A DNA stretch of 64,000 nt from a virus (Duplodnaviria > Caudoviricetes): IMG/VR virus record IMGVR_UViG_3300043464_001162, positions 1 to 64,000 of that record; one strand, given 5' to 3'. A program made the translations under genes and the position numbers. Below the pieces are notes generated by a model. That model worked only from the letters and a program-made list of their open reading frames with translations. It searched no databases and was not told where the DNA came from. Below, in pieces: positions 18,634 to 28,179 of this stretch (positions are counted from its first letter, which is position 1; each line of letters opens with the position of its first letter).

Positions 18634-21600
18634 ATGGTAGAAAGTACAGAAGATATAGGATTAGGGTATGGTGGTGTAAATACCGGAGGCGAGATTGGGT
18701 TTGTTCCACTTCCACCGGTTGAACAAACGGCCGATGAAATATTGACTGCAGATTATTCTGTTAATTATGAAATTGTATTTGCATCTAATTTTCAAAATGA
18801 AATTGGTAGTTTATTAAAATTAAAATATGAAATAGTTTCTGGTGATAATATAATAACCACCGATACTATAAGTTTGGCCGATTATAATACGGATGGTAAA
18901 TCGACACTAAAATCCAATCTTACAAATTCGACTTTAAGAATCTATGTAGAAGGAACACTTCCGAGTAATTATAAAATTTTAAAAATATTTTATGCAAATA
19001 GACAGGTTGCAGAAAAAAATTCAAAAGATGTTTCGAAGTGGACAATTGGGGACAAAGTTATATCAGTACCAGCTACCGAATTATTAACAGGTGGATTTGC
19101 GGTTTCGGTTGTAATGGAAAAAACAATATTAGCTCCACAACCAATTGTATCTATTAAGGATACAAAATACGACTATAATGTAAAAGATTCCGATTTAGAT
19201 ACAATAGTTAATGTACCATTTAATTCATCTAATGCAGACTTTGTTGATTTTTATTTAAACACAAATAGTAAAATAAGAGTTGATGCAACTAAAGGGTTTA
19301 TTGACTTTTCATTTAAAAAAGATTTTTTAGGAGTATATGGTAGTAAAAAACTAATAGTAGTTCCATATAGTGATGAATATGGTACGGGAAACAAAGAAGA
19401 GATTATTGTTAATTTTAATAGTGTAAATGATTTTCCATCAATTACACAAATTATATTTCCTGATGTTATAGATGTTCCTTCGTTTTCCGATTTAAATTTG
19501 GATATTGATGTAGAATGGAATTCATTTGCAGTTTCTTCGGTTGACATTGATTTAATTGCAAAGGATAAAAGTAGAATTCAATTATTTAAGTCATTACCTG
19601 CAAATGGTAAAATTAAAATAAATTTAAAAGATTTAACTAATAAATTTGCAAAATGGAGTGGTAGTGATAATGTAACACTTATCTTAAAACCATATAATAG
19701 AAGTGGTGCAGTAGAATTGGTTGGAAATGAATATGAAATAAAAACATCATTATTATTATCAAGTATAAAATTAGATGAAGATATACTTAAAAAGACTTTG
19801 TTTGATGCGTTCACTGCAAATATAAAATTCACAGAACCAGAGAAAGAAAGTAAATATCTAACACATCTTGCAAATTTTGGTAATGATGAACAAATAATAA
19901 TTTCATCATGGGAAGAGGATAATTTTACATTATCGGATAAAGGACAAGATAATTTAGGAAATACAATTGTTACCAAAGAAGTTGAGTCTTTGATATTAAA
20001 ATTATACTCAACACTTCCTGCAAATATAACGGAAAATTCAACACTTTGGATTACTAAGTTGTTGACTAACCCACTAATTGAAACGGTAGTTTTATCGGAA
20101 CAATCGGATTTAATATGTCCTCCATTAAAAGGCCCGAATTTCGACATAGATATAGACTTTACAAAAGGTAAATCTACTAACTATGAATCATTAGATGAAT
20201 TGATACTAAATGCATCAGTTTCGTCATCAAGTGGATTAGTTTCACAATATTTAAGTTCATCTTTGGTAAGTACCGATGGTTTGAATATCGAATATGTAAG
20301 TGGTTCAACGTATCTTTGGGATAATTTTGTACACTTTAGTTCTGCAAAAGAAAGAGTTGACAATTTTGTATATAAAGTACAATTGATTGAGGAATATGAG
20401 AGTTTAATATTAAGTTCATCTACTGATGCTGCAAACTTTACGGCATTTCCATCGTCATATACATCATCAATATCATCTATTCAGGATGTTGAAAGAAATA
20501 GAATAAAAAAAGAACAAATTATACAAGGGTTTGATGGATTAGATACATTCTTATACACATCTTCATCAATGTCTTGGCCGTATTCCGGTGATAATAGACA
20601 ACCAAGTACTAATAATAGTGTAACCCAATGGTATACCGATATAATAGATTTAGCTACTGATTATGATTTAGAAAATAGAGATAATATAATAAACAATATA
20701 CCTCAACATATTGTAAACAATACTGAAAATGAAGATGTTTTATTATTTTTATCAATGATAGGTCATCACTTTGATAATATATACTTTCATACAAAGGCAA
20801 TAGAAAGAAGTAGAGGTTTGGGTTATAAATCAAAAAATGTTTCCGATAAGTTATTATTTGACATATTGAAATCATTTAATTGGGATGCTAAAAACTTAGC
20901 TGCAGATTCACAACTTTGGAATTATGTATTTGGTATGGATTCCAATGGTAATCAACAATATAAATCATATGATGCCGAAGGGAGATTAATAAAAAGTAAT
21001 CCTGCAAAGGAAAGAACATACCAAGTTTGGAGAAGAATTGCAAATAACATACCATACTTACTAAAACACAAAGGTACAAGGAGAGGTGTTTATGCATTAT
21101 TAGCATGTTATGGAGTACCTGCATCAAATCTTTCAATTTTAGAGTTTGGTGGTCCTGAAGTTACTGATACGAATAAAACTAAGTTTGAATTTGAAAATAT
21201 AACTACTGCATTAAAAATGATTAGTGGTTCATATGTTCAAATTGATTGGCAAAATACAGAAAAAAATAGAAAACCAGATACGATTGAATTATTTGTAAAA
21301 CCGGCATATAGTGGTAACTTTACTTTAATATCTGGAAGTGGATGGGATGTTAAATTAAGTGGTTCTGTCGATTCTAAATTTGGTAATGTCATTCTTAATA
21401 TTGCATCACAATCCCTATCATCAAGTTTATTACCGATTTTTAACGATTCTTTTTTTGGTATTGAAATTAGTAGATTGACTGGAAGTGGTGGTGATGTTAC
21501 TATGTCTTTAAATTTAAGACAGGCAGATAAAGAAAAAACTATATTCCAAACAACATCCACATTATCATTAACATCTTCAAATTGGGAAAGTGGTTCTACA

Positions 21601-23271
21601 ATTAGATTGGGTGGAAATTATACAGGTAGTTTAGATGAATTCCGTTTATGGAGTACACCATTGGATAAGGAAAGATTCTTTGAACACGTTTCCTTTCCAG
21701 AAATGATTAACGGAAACCATACATCTTCATCTACTGATGATTTGTATTTTAGATTAGATTTTGAATATCCTAAAAATTTGGCAACATATACAACTTTGCC
21801 AAATGTGGATACCAACATATATTTTGAAAGTGGATTGACTAGAAATGATTATGAAACAGGTACAACATCTTCATTATATTCAATGAATGTGCAACCATTA
21901 TTATCAGCTTCAGTTTATTATCCAATATCAATAACAACATATCCTTATCAATTTGAAGCAATAGATAGAAGTGTAATATTGGAAATTCCGGATGTAGGTT
22001 CTACAAGATACTCAACTAATAAAGTTAGATTTGAAGAACAAACTTTAATTGCAGATTTATCATCAAAGGGTAGAGCAACTAAAAAAGCATTTGACCAATC
22101 TCCAACGGATTCCAATAGAGTTGGTCTATTTTTCTCACCTACAAAGGAATTGAATATTGATATTGCCAAATCTTTGGGTGGATTAAATTTAGATAACTAC
22201 ATTGGTGACCCTGCGGACAAATATAGGTCAAATTATAAGAGATTGGATGAATTGAGACATTATTATTTCCAAAGATATGATAATAGAGACATCTATGCAT
22301 ACATTAACTTAATCAAACTATATGAGAAATCAATGTTTGAGGATATTAAGAAAATGTTACCTGCAAGAGTTAAAGCAACTACTGGTTTATTAATTGAACC
22401 ACATATTTTGGAAAGAAGTAAGATTGCACAGAAAAGACCAATAGGTGAAGAGTATCAAGAAGAAGCAATAATACATTATGAGGACACTACTATAATGACT
22501 TCTGACAATAATCAATACGATGCATTGGTTGATGCAAATCTTTCAGAAAATTTAATAGGTGAAAATAATCAATTAAATACAACAATAACCGATACTACTA
22601 TTGACGAAATTATAGCTGAAAACTATCAATTAGACGGATTATATGAATACTTAGATGAGGCTGATATAAATGCAGACTCTTATCAACAACATGTAACAAT
22701 AGATGCAGGATTGGATGAACCAACTATAACAACCGAAATTAATTTAGGTATAGAAACATATGGTCAAACTGCATATGAAATGATTGGATTTGGTATTTAT
22801 GCACAAAGTGGTTCTGCTATTAGAACTTATTTTGATAAAGATAATAGAAGAGTGACGGAAAGAATTAGAGTTCAATTAATTACGGAAGAGAAGGAAAGAA
22901 TTGTTACTAAATTCGCAGTAACAGCATCGGTTAATGGTTTGGGTGACCCACGTGGCGGATATATTTCGGATATTCAAACATATACCGAAACTAAATTAAA
23001 TGTTCAACCATTTAGTGGTTCAATTGTTCCAAATGTGCAAGGTAATATAATTGCAGTAAAACCTGTTAATGGATATTTACCAACACATTATAGAAATACA
23101 TCAGATTTGACAAGAGGATTGGAAAATTCTTTCTTTAAGGGTTCAAAAAATACTGCAGCTACGACTTTGGATGGTGCACCACCGGTTGAAACATTTGTAT
23201 CTAATCCAAATACATTGACAGTAAATAGAACAGGTAGAAATACTTCTGAACCAATTTTAGAAGTAGAATAA
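18634..23271 (+). CDS. Large baseplate wedge-like protein with LamG-like domain
   Basis: 1545 aa. LLKHKGTRRG (gp7/P2 gpI-like KGT motif) and TIELFVKP...YTGSLDEFRLWSTPL (LamG pattern). Confidence 0.65.
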   Translation: MVESTEDIGLGYGGVNTGGEIGFVPLPPVEQTADEILTADYSVNYEIVFASNFQNEIGSLLKLKYEIVSGDNIITTDTISLADYNTDGKSTLKSNLTNSTLRIYVEGTLPSNYKILKIFYANRQVAEKNSKDVSKWTIGDKVISVPATELLTGGFAVSVVMEKTILAPQPIVSIKDTKYDYNVKDSDLDTIVNVPFNSSNADFVDFYLNTNSKIRVDATKGFIDFSFKKDFLGVYGSKKLIVVPYSDEYGTGNKEEIIVNFNSVNDFPSITQIIFPDVIDVPSFSDLNLDIDVEWNSFAVSSVDIDLIAKDKSRIQLFKSLPANGKIKINLKDLTNKFAKWSGSDNVTLILKPYNRSGAVELVGNEYEIKTSLLLSSIKLDEDILKKTLFDAFTANIKFTEPEKESKYLTHLANFGNDEQIIISSWEEDNFTLSDKGQDNLGNTIVTKEVESLILKLYSTLPANITENSTLWITKLLTNPLIETVVLSEQSDLICPPLKGPNFDIDIDFTKGKSTNYESLDELILNASVSSSSGLVSQYLSSSLVSTDGLNIEYVSGSTYLWDNFVHFSSAKERVDNFVYKVQLIEEYESLILSSSTDAANFTAFPSSYTSSISSIQDVERNRIKKEQIIQGFDGLDTFLYTSSSMSWPYSGDNRQPSTNNSVTQWYTDIIDLATDYDLENRDNIINNIPQHIVNNTENEDVLLFLSMIGHHFDNIYFHTKAIERSRGLGYKSKNVSDKLLFDILKSFNWDAKNLAADSQLWNYVFGMDSNGNQQYKSYDAEGRLIKSNPAKERTYQVWRRIANNIPYLLKHKGTRRGVYALLACYGVPASNLSILEFGGPEVTDTNKTKFEFENITTALKMISGSYVQIDWQNTEKNRKPDTIELFVKPAYSGNFTLISGSGWDVKLSGSVDSKFGNVILNIASQSLSSSLLPIFNDSFFGIEISRLTGSGGDVTMSLNLRQADKEKTIFQTTSTLSLTSSNWESGSTIRLGGNYTGSLDEFRLWSTPLDKERFFEHVSFPEMINGNHTSSSTDDLYFRLDFEYPKNLATYTTLPNVDTNIYFESGLTRNDYETGTTSSLYSMNVQPLLSASVYYPISITTYPYQFEAIDRSVILEIPDVGSTRYSTNKVRFEEQTLIADLSSKGRATKKAFDQSPTDSNRVGLFFSPTKELNIDIAKSLGGLNLDNYIGDPADKYRSNYKRLDELRHYYFQRYDNRDIYAYINLIKLYEKSMFEDIKKMLPARVKATTGLLIEPHILERSKIAQKRPIGEEYQEEAIIHYEDTTIMTSDNNQYDALVDANLSENLIGENNQLNTTITDTTIDEIIAENYQLDGLYEYLDEADINADSYQQHVTIDAGLDEPTITTEINLGIETYGQTAYEMIGFGIYAQSGSAIRTYFDKDNRRVTERIRVQLITEEKERIVTKFAVTASVNGLGDPRGGYISDIQTYTETKLNVQPFSGSIVPNVQGNIIAVKPVNGYLPTHYRNTSDLTRGLENSFFKGSKNTAATTLDGAPPVETFVSNPNTLTVNRTGRNTSEPILEVE

Positions 23272-23290
23272 ACGGAATTTTAAAATAATT

Positions 23291-23299
23291 ATATTTATA
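23291..23299 (+). promoter_or_regulatory. Putative late promoter ATATTTATA
   Basis: Intergenic copy before 23320. Confidence 0.55.
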
Positions 23300-23319
23300 A
23301 CAAAAGATAATATTATACT

Positions 23320-23943
23320 ATGGGATATTTAAGTAACACAGAATTAACCGTTGATGCAATTCTTACCAAAAAAGGTAGAGAAAAGTTAGCAGCAGGTCAA
23401 GGATTAAACATCACTCAATTTGCATTAGCAGATGATGAAATTGATTACACACTTTACGAACCAGCACATCCATTGGGTTCGGCTTATTATGATGCAGCTA
23501 TTAAAAATATGCCTGTATTAGAAGCTAATCCGGATGAGACTCAAGTAATGAAGTATAAGTTAGTAACTTTACCAAAAAATACAACCAGAATTCCGGTTGT
23601 TGAATTTGGTGTTCCTAACATTTCAGTTAATCAAAGAAGTGGTGAGGTTGCATTATCGCCAACTACATCTCCAGCAGGAAATAGAAGTTTAGGATATACA
23701 ATTGTATTATCTAATAAAAATGCAGGTGATATTATCGGTGAAGGTGTAACATCAGAAATTGGTTCAGTTCCAGTATTTATCGGTGACGATGTATCTGCAA
23801 CTGCAGCAATAGCTAAAGGATTATCATTCAAATTTATTCCAAACCCATCATTAACGTCAACCATTAGAACTACAATTACAGTTTATGGCAACGAAACGGG
23901 TGGTTCACAAACAATTCCAATAACAGTAACTTACGTTCAATAA
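23320..23943 (+). CDS. Virion structural protein (baseplate/tail-fibre attachment-like)
   Basis: ILTKKGREKLA...ITQFALADDEIDY resembles the N-termini of tail-fibre attachment proteins. Confidence 0.55.
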   Translation: MGYLSNTELTVDAILTKKGREKLAAGQGLNITQFALADDEIDYTLYEPAHPLGSAYYDAAIKNMPVLEANPDETQVMKYKLVTLPKNTTRIPVVEFGVPNISVNQRSGEVALSPTTSPAGNRSLGYTIVLSNKNAGDIIGEGVTSEIGSVPVFIGDDVSATAAIAKGLSFKFIPNPSLTSTIRTTITVYGNETGGSQTIPITVTYVQ

Positions 23944-23952
23944 TAAAATACT

Positions 23953-25191
23953 ATGGCAGTAATAAGAGACAGTAGAGGAAGCCTTTTAGCAAGTAATATA
24001 TCAAATTACTTAGCAGGTGCAGCAAACACCGCAGGGACTCCAGTAGATACTAACGAATTAGTTAGAATCGTAAACCAATTTTTAGGAACCGGTGAACAAA
24101 TCAGTTCCGACATAACTACCATCACAAATGGTATTTATAAAAAATTTGGAACAATTGACAAAGTAACCAACAGAACTGAAATCGTAACTTCTGGAATATG
24201 GAGTGGTGATAATGGTTCGTTAAATTTATTTTTCACTTCATCGGAACAACAATCTAGTGTTAGTGGTAAATATTATTTAGATGTATATAATGAAAATGCA
24301 ACATCTGCATCTGCAGAAGTTCAATTCTCAATCGCTTATGGTGATGTGAATGGATATGGTGCACCTACATTACAACAAACTGATACATCAAACTTGCCAA
24401 CAAAGGCAACTTATAATCAATTTAAGAATGTTTTATTAGATAGTTCTGATGCGTTCTTTAGTGTTTATACAGGTTCAGTTGCTGGTGGCCACAATTTAGA
24501 GAACTTCTATGTAATCAATGTAAATAGAGCTAGATACAAAGAAAGATTAGACCCAGGTAATTTTTCAATAGAATTATCAGGTTCAGTAGGTTCTTTGACA
24601 CTTATTGATGATAGTGGTGGTTCTGATGAAAATGTGACAACTGCAGGTAGAGTTTATAATGTAGTTGAAGGAACTTTAAATATAGGTTCTGCATTGACTT
24701 CAAGTATTACATCGGTTTTTGATTCAACTTCTGGACAAGGATATGGTTTATTCTATCCTGATATGGGAATTATATTATTAAACCCAACAGCTTTAAAAAA
24801 TACCGTTGATATAAAATTATCACCGGCTAACTCATCTATAACAGATATATATCACCAAAACAATGGTGCAAACTCTGGTTCAATTGCATTATTAAATTCA
24901 ATGGCAGGTGGTGCAGACTTCCAAATGAGAAGAACTGAGAATGTTTCTACATCTCACTACTTTGTAAGAGCAAACAATAGAGAATTTAACTTCTCAAACA
25001 ACCCAACATTCGTAACAGGATTAGTAGGTGAGTTTGTTCAACCATTATTTGAAAGAGACCCTAAAGTTTACATTACAACGGTTGGTCTTTATGATGATGC
25101 AAACGAATTATTAGCAGTAGCTAAAGTTTCTAAACCAATTGAAAAATCATTTGATAAAGAAATTGCTATCAAAGTTAAATTAGACTTCTAA
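23953..25191 (+). CDS. Virion structural protein
   Basis: S/T/G-rich. C-terminal YITTVGLYDDANELLAVAK..PI.K is shared with 25265..26464. Confidence 0.65.
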   Translation: MAVIRDSRGSLLASNISNYLAGAANTAGTPVDTNELVRIVNQFLGTGEQISSDITTITNGIYKKFGTIDKVTNRTEIVTSGIWSGDNGSLNLFFTSSEQQSSVSGKYYLDVYNENATSASAEVQFSIAYGDVNGYGAPTLQQTDTSNLPTKATYNQFKNVLLDSSDAFFSVYTGSVAGGHNLENFYVINVNRARYKERLDPGNFSIELSGSVGSLTLIDDSGGSDENVTTAGRVYNVVEGTLNIGSALTSSITSVFDSTSGQGYGLFYPDMGIILLNPTALKNTVDIKLSPANSSITDIYHQNNGANSGSIALLNSMAGGADFQMRRTENVSTSHYFVRANNREFNFSNNPTFVTGLVGEFVQPLFERDPKVYITTVGLYDDANELLAVAKVSKPIEKSFDKEIAIKVKLDF

Positions 25192-25214
25192 TCGGAGAAT
25201 ATATTAAAAAATGT

Positions 25215-25239
25215 AAAGCCCCCTCTTTTGGGGGTTTTT
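25215..25239 (+). terminator. Rho-independent terminator
   Basis: AAAGCCCCC-tctttt-GGGGGTTTTT hairpin with T tail, just after the stop at 25191. Confidence 0.8.
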
Positions 25240-25249
25240 CATTAAAAGA

Positions 25250-25258
25250 ATATTTATA
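25250..25258 (+). promoter_or_regulatory. Putative late promoter ATATTTATA
   Basis: Immediately after the terminator and 6 nt before the ATG at 25265. Confidence 0.6.
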
Positions 25259-25264
25259 TACGAT

Positions 25265-26464
25265 ATGTTAAAAAGAATACCAAAGTCGGATATTAGTATA
25301 AGGCCATTTAAGGCCTACAAAGAATGGAGTTTCAATGAAAGTTCTACGGGAAGTATTTCATTATTAGAAGCAGATATATCTTCGGGGGACATTAATCTAT
25401 TCAATGACAATTCAGGGTCCGTACCAAAAAGTTCATTATATGGTCAACTTAGGGCCCAATTTTACAATGATTTGGGGGATAATCCATTTTTAAGAACTGG
25501 AAATAAAACAAAATCATATTCCAATGCATTTTTCGTTAAGGAGAGATTTTTAAGTGGTTCTGCAAAAGTAATATCAATTCCAAATGTATATGTTGGTGAG
25601 GGCATAAAAAAAGGGTCTGTTGTTTTAACTGATAATATTGATGAATTGGATGAAATTTCATATTTTGATGATTCATTTGGAAATCTACAAGATAGTAGAG
25701 ACAAATTATTATTATCTAGATTGGGGGTAAATGAAGAGGTAATTCAATTTGAGGATTTGGCAGAATATGGATATACGGGTTCAATATTGGATTTGTTAGG
25801 TGATTTCGATGTTGAATCAAAGACATTAAATATAACATACAATGGTGAATCATATGACTTAATAGTAGATTCTATTGACATTAATAATGGAGCTATTATT
25901 GCAAAAAATATTCCATTTTTACCAGAAGAATCACAAGGTATAAAAATTGGTAACATATTCTATAATCAAGGATTAGTCGTATTAACCAGAGATTCTGAAT
26001 TAAAATTACAAAATCAATGGAAGTTGGATTATAAATCTACACAAACAATATACGAACATGAGTATTTATTGATTGCAAATGAGGATGAATTTAATGTGTC
26101 ACAAAATCCATCGGCAATAATTGAGGTTGGTAAAGAAACGCAAAGATACATAACTTCCGATGGTAAAACTATGAGTGTTATTACAAATCCTGGAGTAAGT
26201 TATATCAAAAAGAAATCGGTATTAGAAAATGGTAATATATTAGATTATGGGTATACGGGTTCTATTGGACATTCAAAGGCGGGATTTGAACATTATGAAT
26301 TAAGTGGTTCGGTAGATAGTACGGGTTCATTCTTAGCACCATTCATTACAACCATTGGACTATATGATGACAATTGTGATTTAGTTGCAGTTGCTAAACT
26401 TCCACAACCTATTAAGTCGGAACCAGATATTCCGGTAAACTTTATTATTCGTTTTGATACATAA
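25265..26464 (+). CDS. Virion structural protein, paralog of 23953..25191
   Basis: GNIFYNQGLVVL, EFNVSQNPS and FITTIGLYDDNCDLVAVAKLPQPIK match the upstream gene. Confidence 0.65.
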   Translation: MLKRIPKSDISIRPFKAYKEWSFNESSTGSISLLEADISSGDINLFNDNSGSVPKSSLYGQLRAQFYNDLGDNPFLRTGNKTKSYSNAFFVKERFLSGSAKVISIPNVYVGEGIKKGSVVLTDNIDELDEISYFDDSFGNLQDSRDKLLLSRLGVNEEVIQFEDLAEYGYTGSILDLLGDFDVESKTLNITYNGESYDLIVDSIDINNGAIIAKNIPFLPEESQGIKIGNIFYNQGLVVLTRDSELKLQNQWKLDYKSTQTIYEHEYLLIANEDEFNVSQNPSAIIEVGKETQRYITSDGKTMSVITNPGVSYIKKKSVLENGNILDYGYTGSIGHSKAGFEHYELSGSVDSTGSFLAPFITTIGLYDDNCDLVAVAKLPQPIKSEPDIPVNFIIRFDT

Positions 26465-26467
26465 TTT

Positions 26468-26476
26468 ATATTTATA
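26468..26476 (+). promoter_or_regulatory. Putative late promoter ATATTTATA
   Basis: Intergenic copy before 26496. Confidence 0.5.
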
Positions 26477-26495
26477 AGTAAATAAAACAAAAAAC

Positions 26496-26759
26496 ATGTC
26501 AAATATTTTAAAAAAATACGATGAACTAAAAGATACTGCGAGATTAGATGCTCCACAACCAAAGATGGTGGATGGTAATAAATTAAAAGATTTAACTCCA
26601 TATACTAAAGGTAATAGAGATAAACAAGTTGCTGATGATGAATCTGGTATAATTGATTTAGAAAAAAGAACTGGATTACCTAGATATGGTTTGGCTTCTG
26701 CAATTGGTGCATTGGGATATACCGATAAGAAAAAATATGGTGATACTCCTAGAAAATAA
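26496..26759 (+). CDS. Hypothetical protein
   Basis: 87-aa ORF with an A-rich leader; fills the gap between genes. Confidence 0.65.
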   Translation: MSNILKKYDELKDTARLDAPQPKMVDGNKLKDLTPYTKGNRDKQVADDESGIIDLEKRTGLPRYGLASAIGALGYTDKKKYGDTPRK

Positions 26760-26768
26760 AACATTTTA

Positions 26769-27197
26769 ATGGTTAAGAAAAAAGTTACAAAAAAGAACAA
26801 TCCAAAGTGGGTTGCTAAAAAGTATGGATTTAAGTCTGGTTTAGAGGAATCCATATCATCACAAATAGAAAGTAGAGGAATAGTAGTAGAATATGAAACC
26901 GAAAAGGTTGCATATATTATACCTGCATCCGAACATAACTACCATCCTGATTTCAAACTACCCAATGGTATTAGAGTCGAGACCAAAGGTAGATTTGTTG
27001 CAGCAGACCGCAAGAAACACCAATTAGTAAAGGAACAAAACCCTAATTTGGATATTCGTTTCGTATTTTCCAATTCAAAGAACAAAATCAGCAAAAACTC
27101 CAAAACTACATACGGAATGTGGTGTGAAAAGAACGGATTTAAGTATGCCGATAAATTCATCCCAGAAGATTGGTTTTTAGAGGAAAATAGACCATAA
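26769..27197 (+). CDS. T7 endonuclease I-like Holliday junction resolvase
   Basis: FKSGLEE...YHPDFKLPNGIRVETKG...DRKKH...DIRFVFSNS...YGMWCEKNGFKYADKFIPEDW closely follows T7 gp3. Confidence 0.9.
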   Translation: MVKKKVTKKNNPKWVAKKYGFKSGLEESISSQIESRGIVVEYETEKVAYIIPASEHNYHPDFKLPNGIRVETKGRFVAADRKKHQLVKEQNPNLDIRFVFSNSKNKISKNSKTTYGMWCEKNGFKYADKFIPEDWFLEENRP

Positions 27198-27201
27198 ATT
27201 A

Positions 27202-27233
27202 TTTGGTAATATCAAATATTTGTCGTATATTTA
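27202..27233 (+). promoter_or_regulatory. Bacteroidota-type sigma70 promoter
   Basis: TTTG(27202)-N20-TATATTTA(27226). Confidence 0.7.
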
Positions 27234-27237
27234 GGGG

Positions 27238-28179
27238 GTGTTGAAGCAAAATGATAAGAATATAGTCGTATCTACCCTAACTGGTGTTTTAGGTAGTCAT
27301 CTCACTCTAAAAGGGAATGAGCTAGCATTTTATTGTCCTTTTTGCAATCATCACAAACCAAAACTACAAGTTAATACGGAAACTCAAAAGTGGCATTGTT
27401 GGACTTGTAATAGTGGTGGTAAAAAATTGACCTCTTTATTAAAGAAATTAGATGTTGATAGAAAGACTATTTCAATCATTAGAGAAATCTACGGAGATAG
27501 TAATTATAACCCACAATTAGAGGATGCCGATACAAAGGTGTTCATTTCCCTACCAAAAGAATTTATATCACTTAGTGAGACTCCCAAAGGGTTTAATCCA
27601 GAATATAAACATGCAATACATTACCTTACTCAAAGAGGTATTACTGAAAAGGACATAATCAAATATAACATAGGATATTGTAAAGAAGGATTATATGGAC
27701 AAAGAGTAATTATACCATCATACAATTCCGATGGTTCGTTAAATTACTTTGTTTCTCGTTCGTATTATCCGGACAACAAAATGAAATACAAAAATCCTCC
27801 AATCAGTAAAAATGTAATATGTTTTGATTCACAAGTTAATTGGAACGAACCGATTATATTATGTGAGGGTGTATTTGACGCAATCACAATTAAAAGAAAT
27901 GCAATTCCATTATTAGGTAAGTTTCCATCCAGAACATTGGTGGAGAAAATCTTTATGAGTGGAATTACTGACATTATTATTTCATTGGATAACGATGCTA
28001 TCAACGAAGCACTTAAAGCTGCTGAGTATTTTAGAAAACAAGGTATTCATGTAAAAATGATGTATCTTAAAGATAAAGATGCCGCCGATATGGGGTATGA
28101 AAAATTCTACGAAGAGTTAAAGGAGGCCAAAGAGTTTTCATCGGAAGAATTATTATTGAACAAAATAAATTCATTATGA
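27238..28179 (+). CDS. DNA primase (Zn finger + TOPRIM)
   Basis: CPFC...WHCWTC zinc finger, YLTQRGI, and ILCEGVFDA / LDND TOPRIM motifs; GTG start. Confidence 0.9.
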   Translation: MLKQNDKNIVVSTLTGVLGSHLTLKGNELAFYCPFCNHHKPKLQVNTETQKWHCWTCNSGGKKLTSLLKKLDVDRKTISIIREIYGDSNYNPQLEDADTKVFISLPKEFISLSETPKGFNPEYKHAIHYLTQRGITEKDIIKYNIGYCKEGLYGQRVIIPSYNSDGSLNYFVSRSYYPDNKMKYKNPPISKNVICFDSQVNWNEPIILCEGVFDAITIKRNAIPLLGKFPSRTLVEKIFMSGITDIIISLDNDAINEALKAAEYFRKQGIHVKMMYLKDKDAADMGYEKFYEELKEAKEFSSEELLLNKINSL

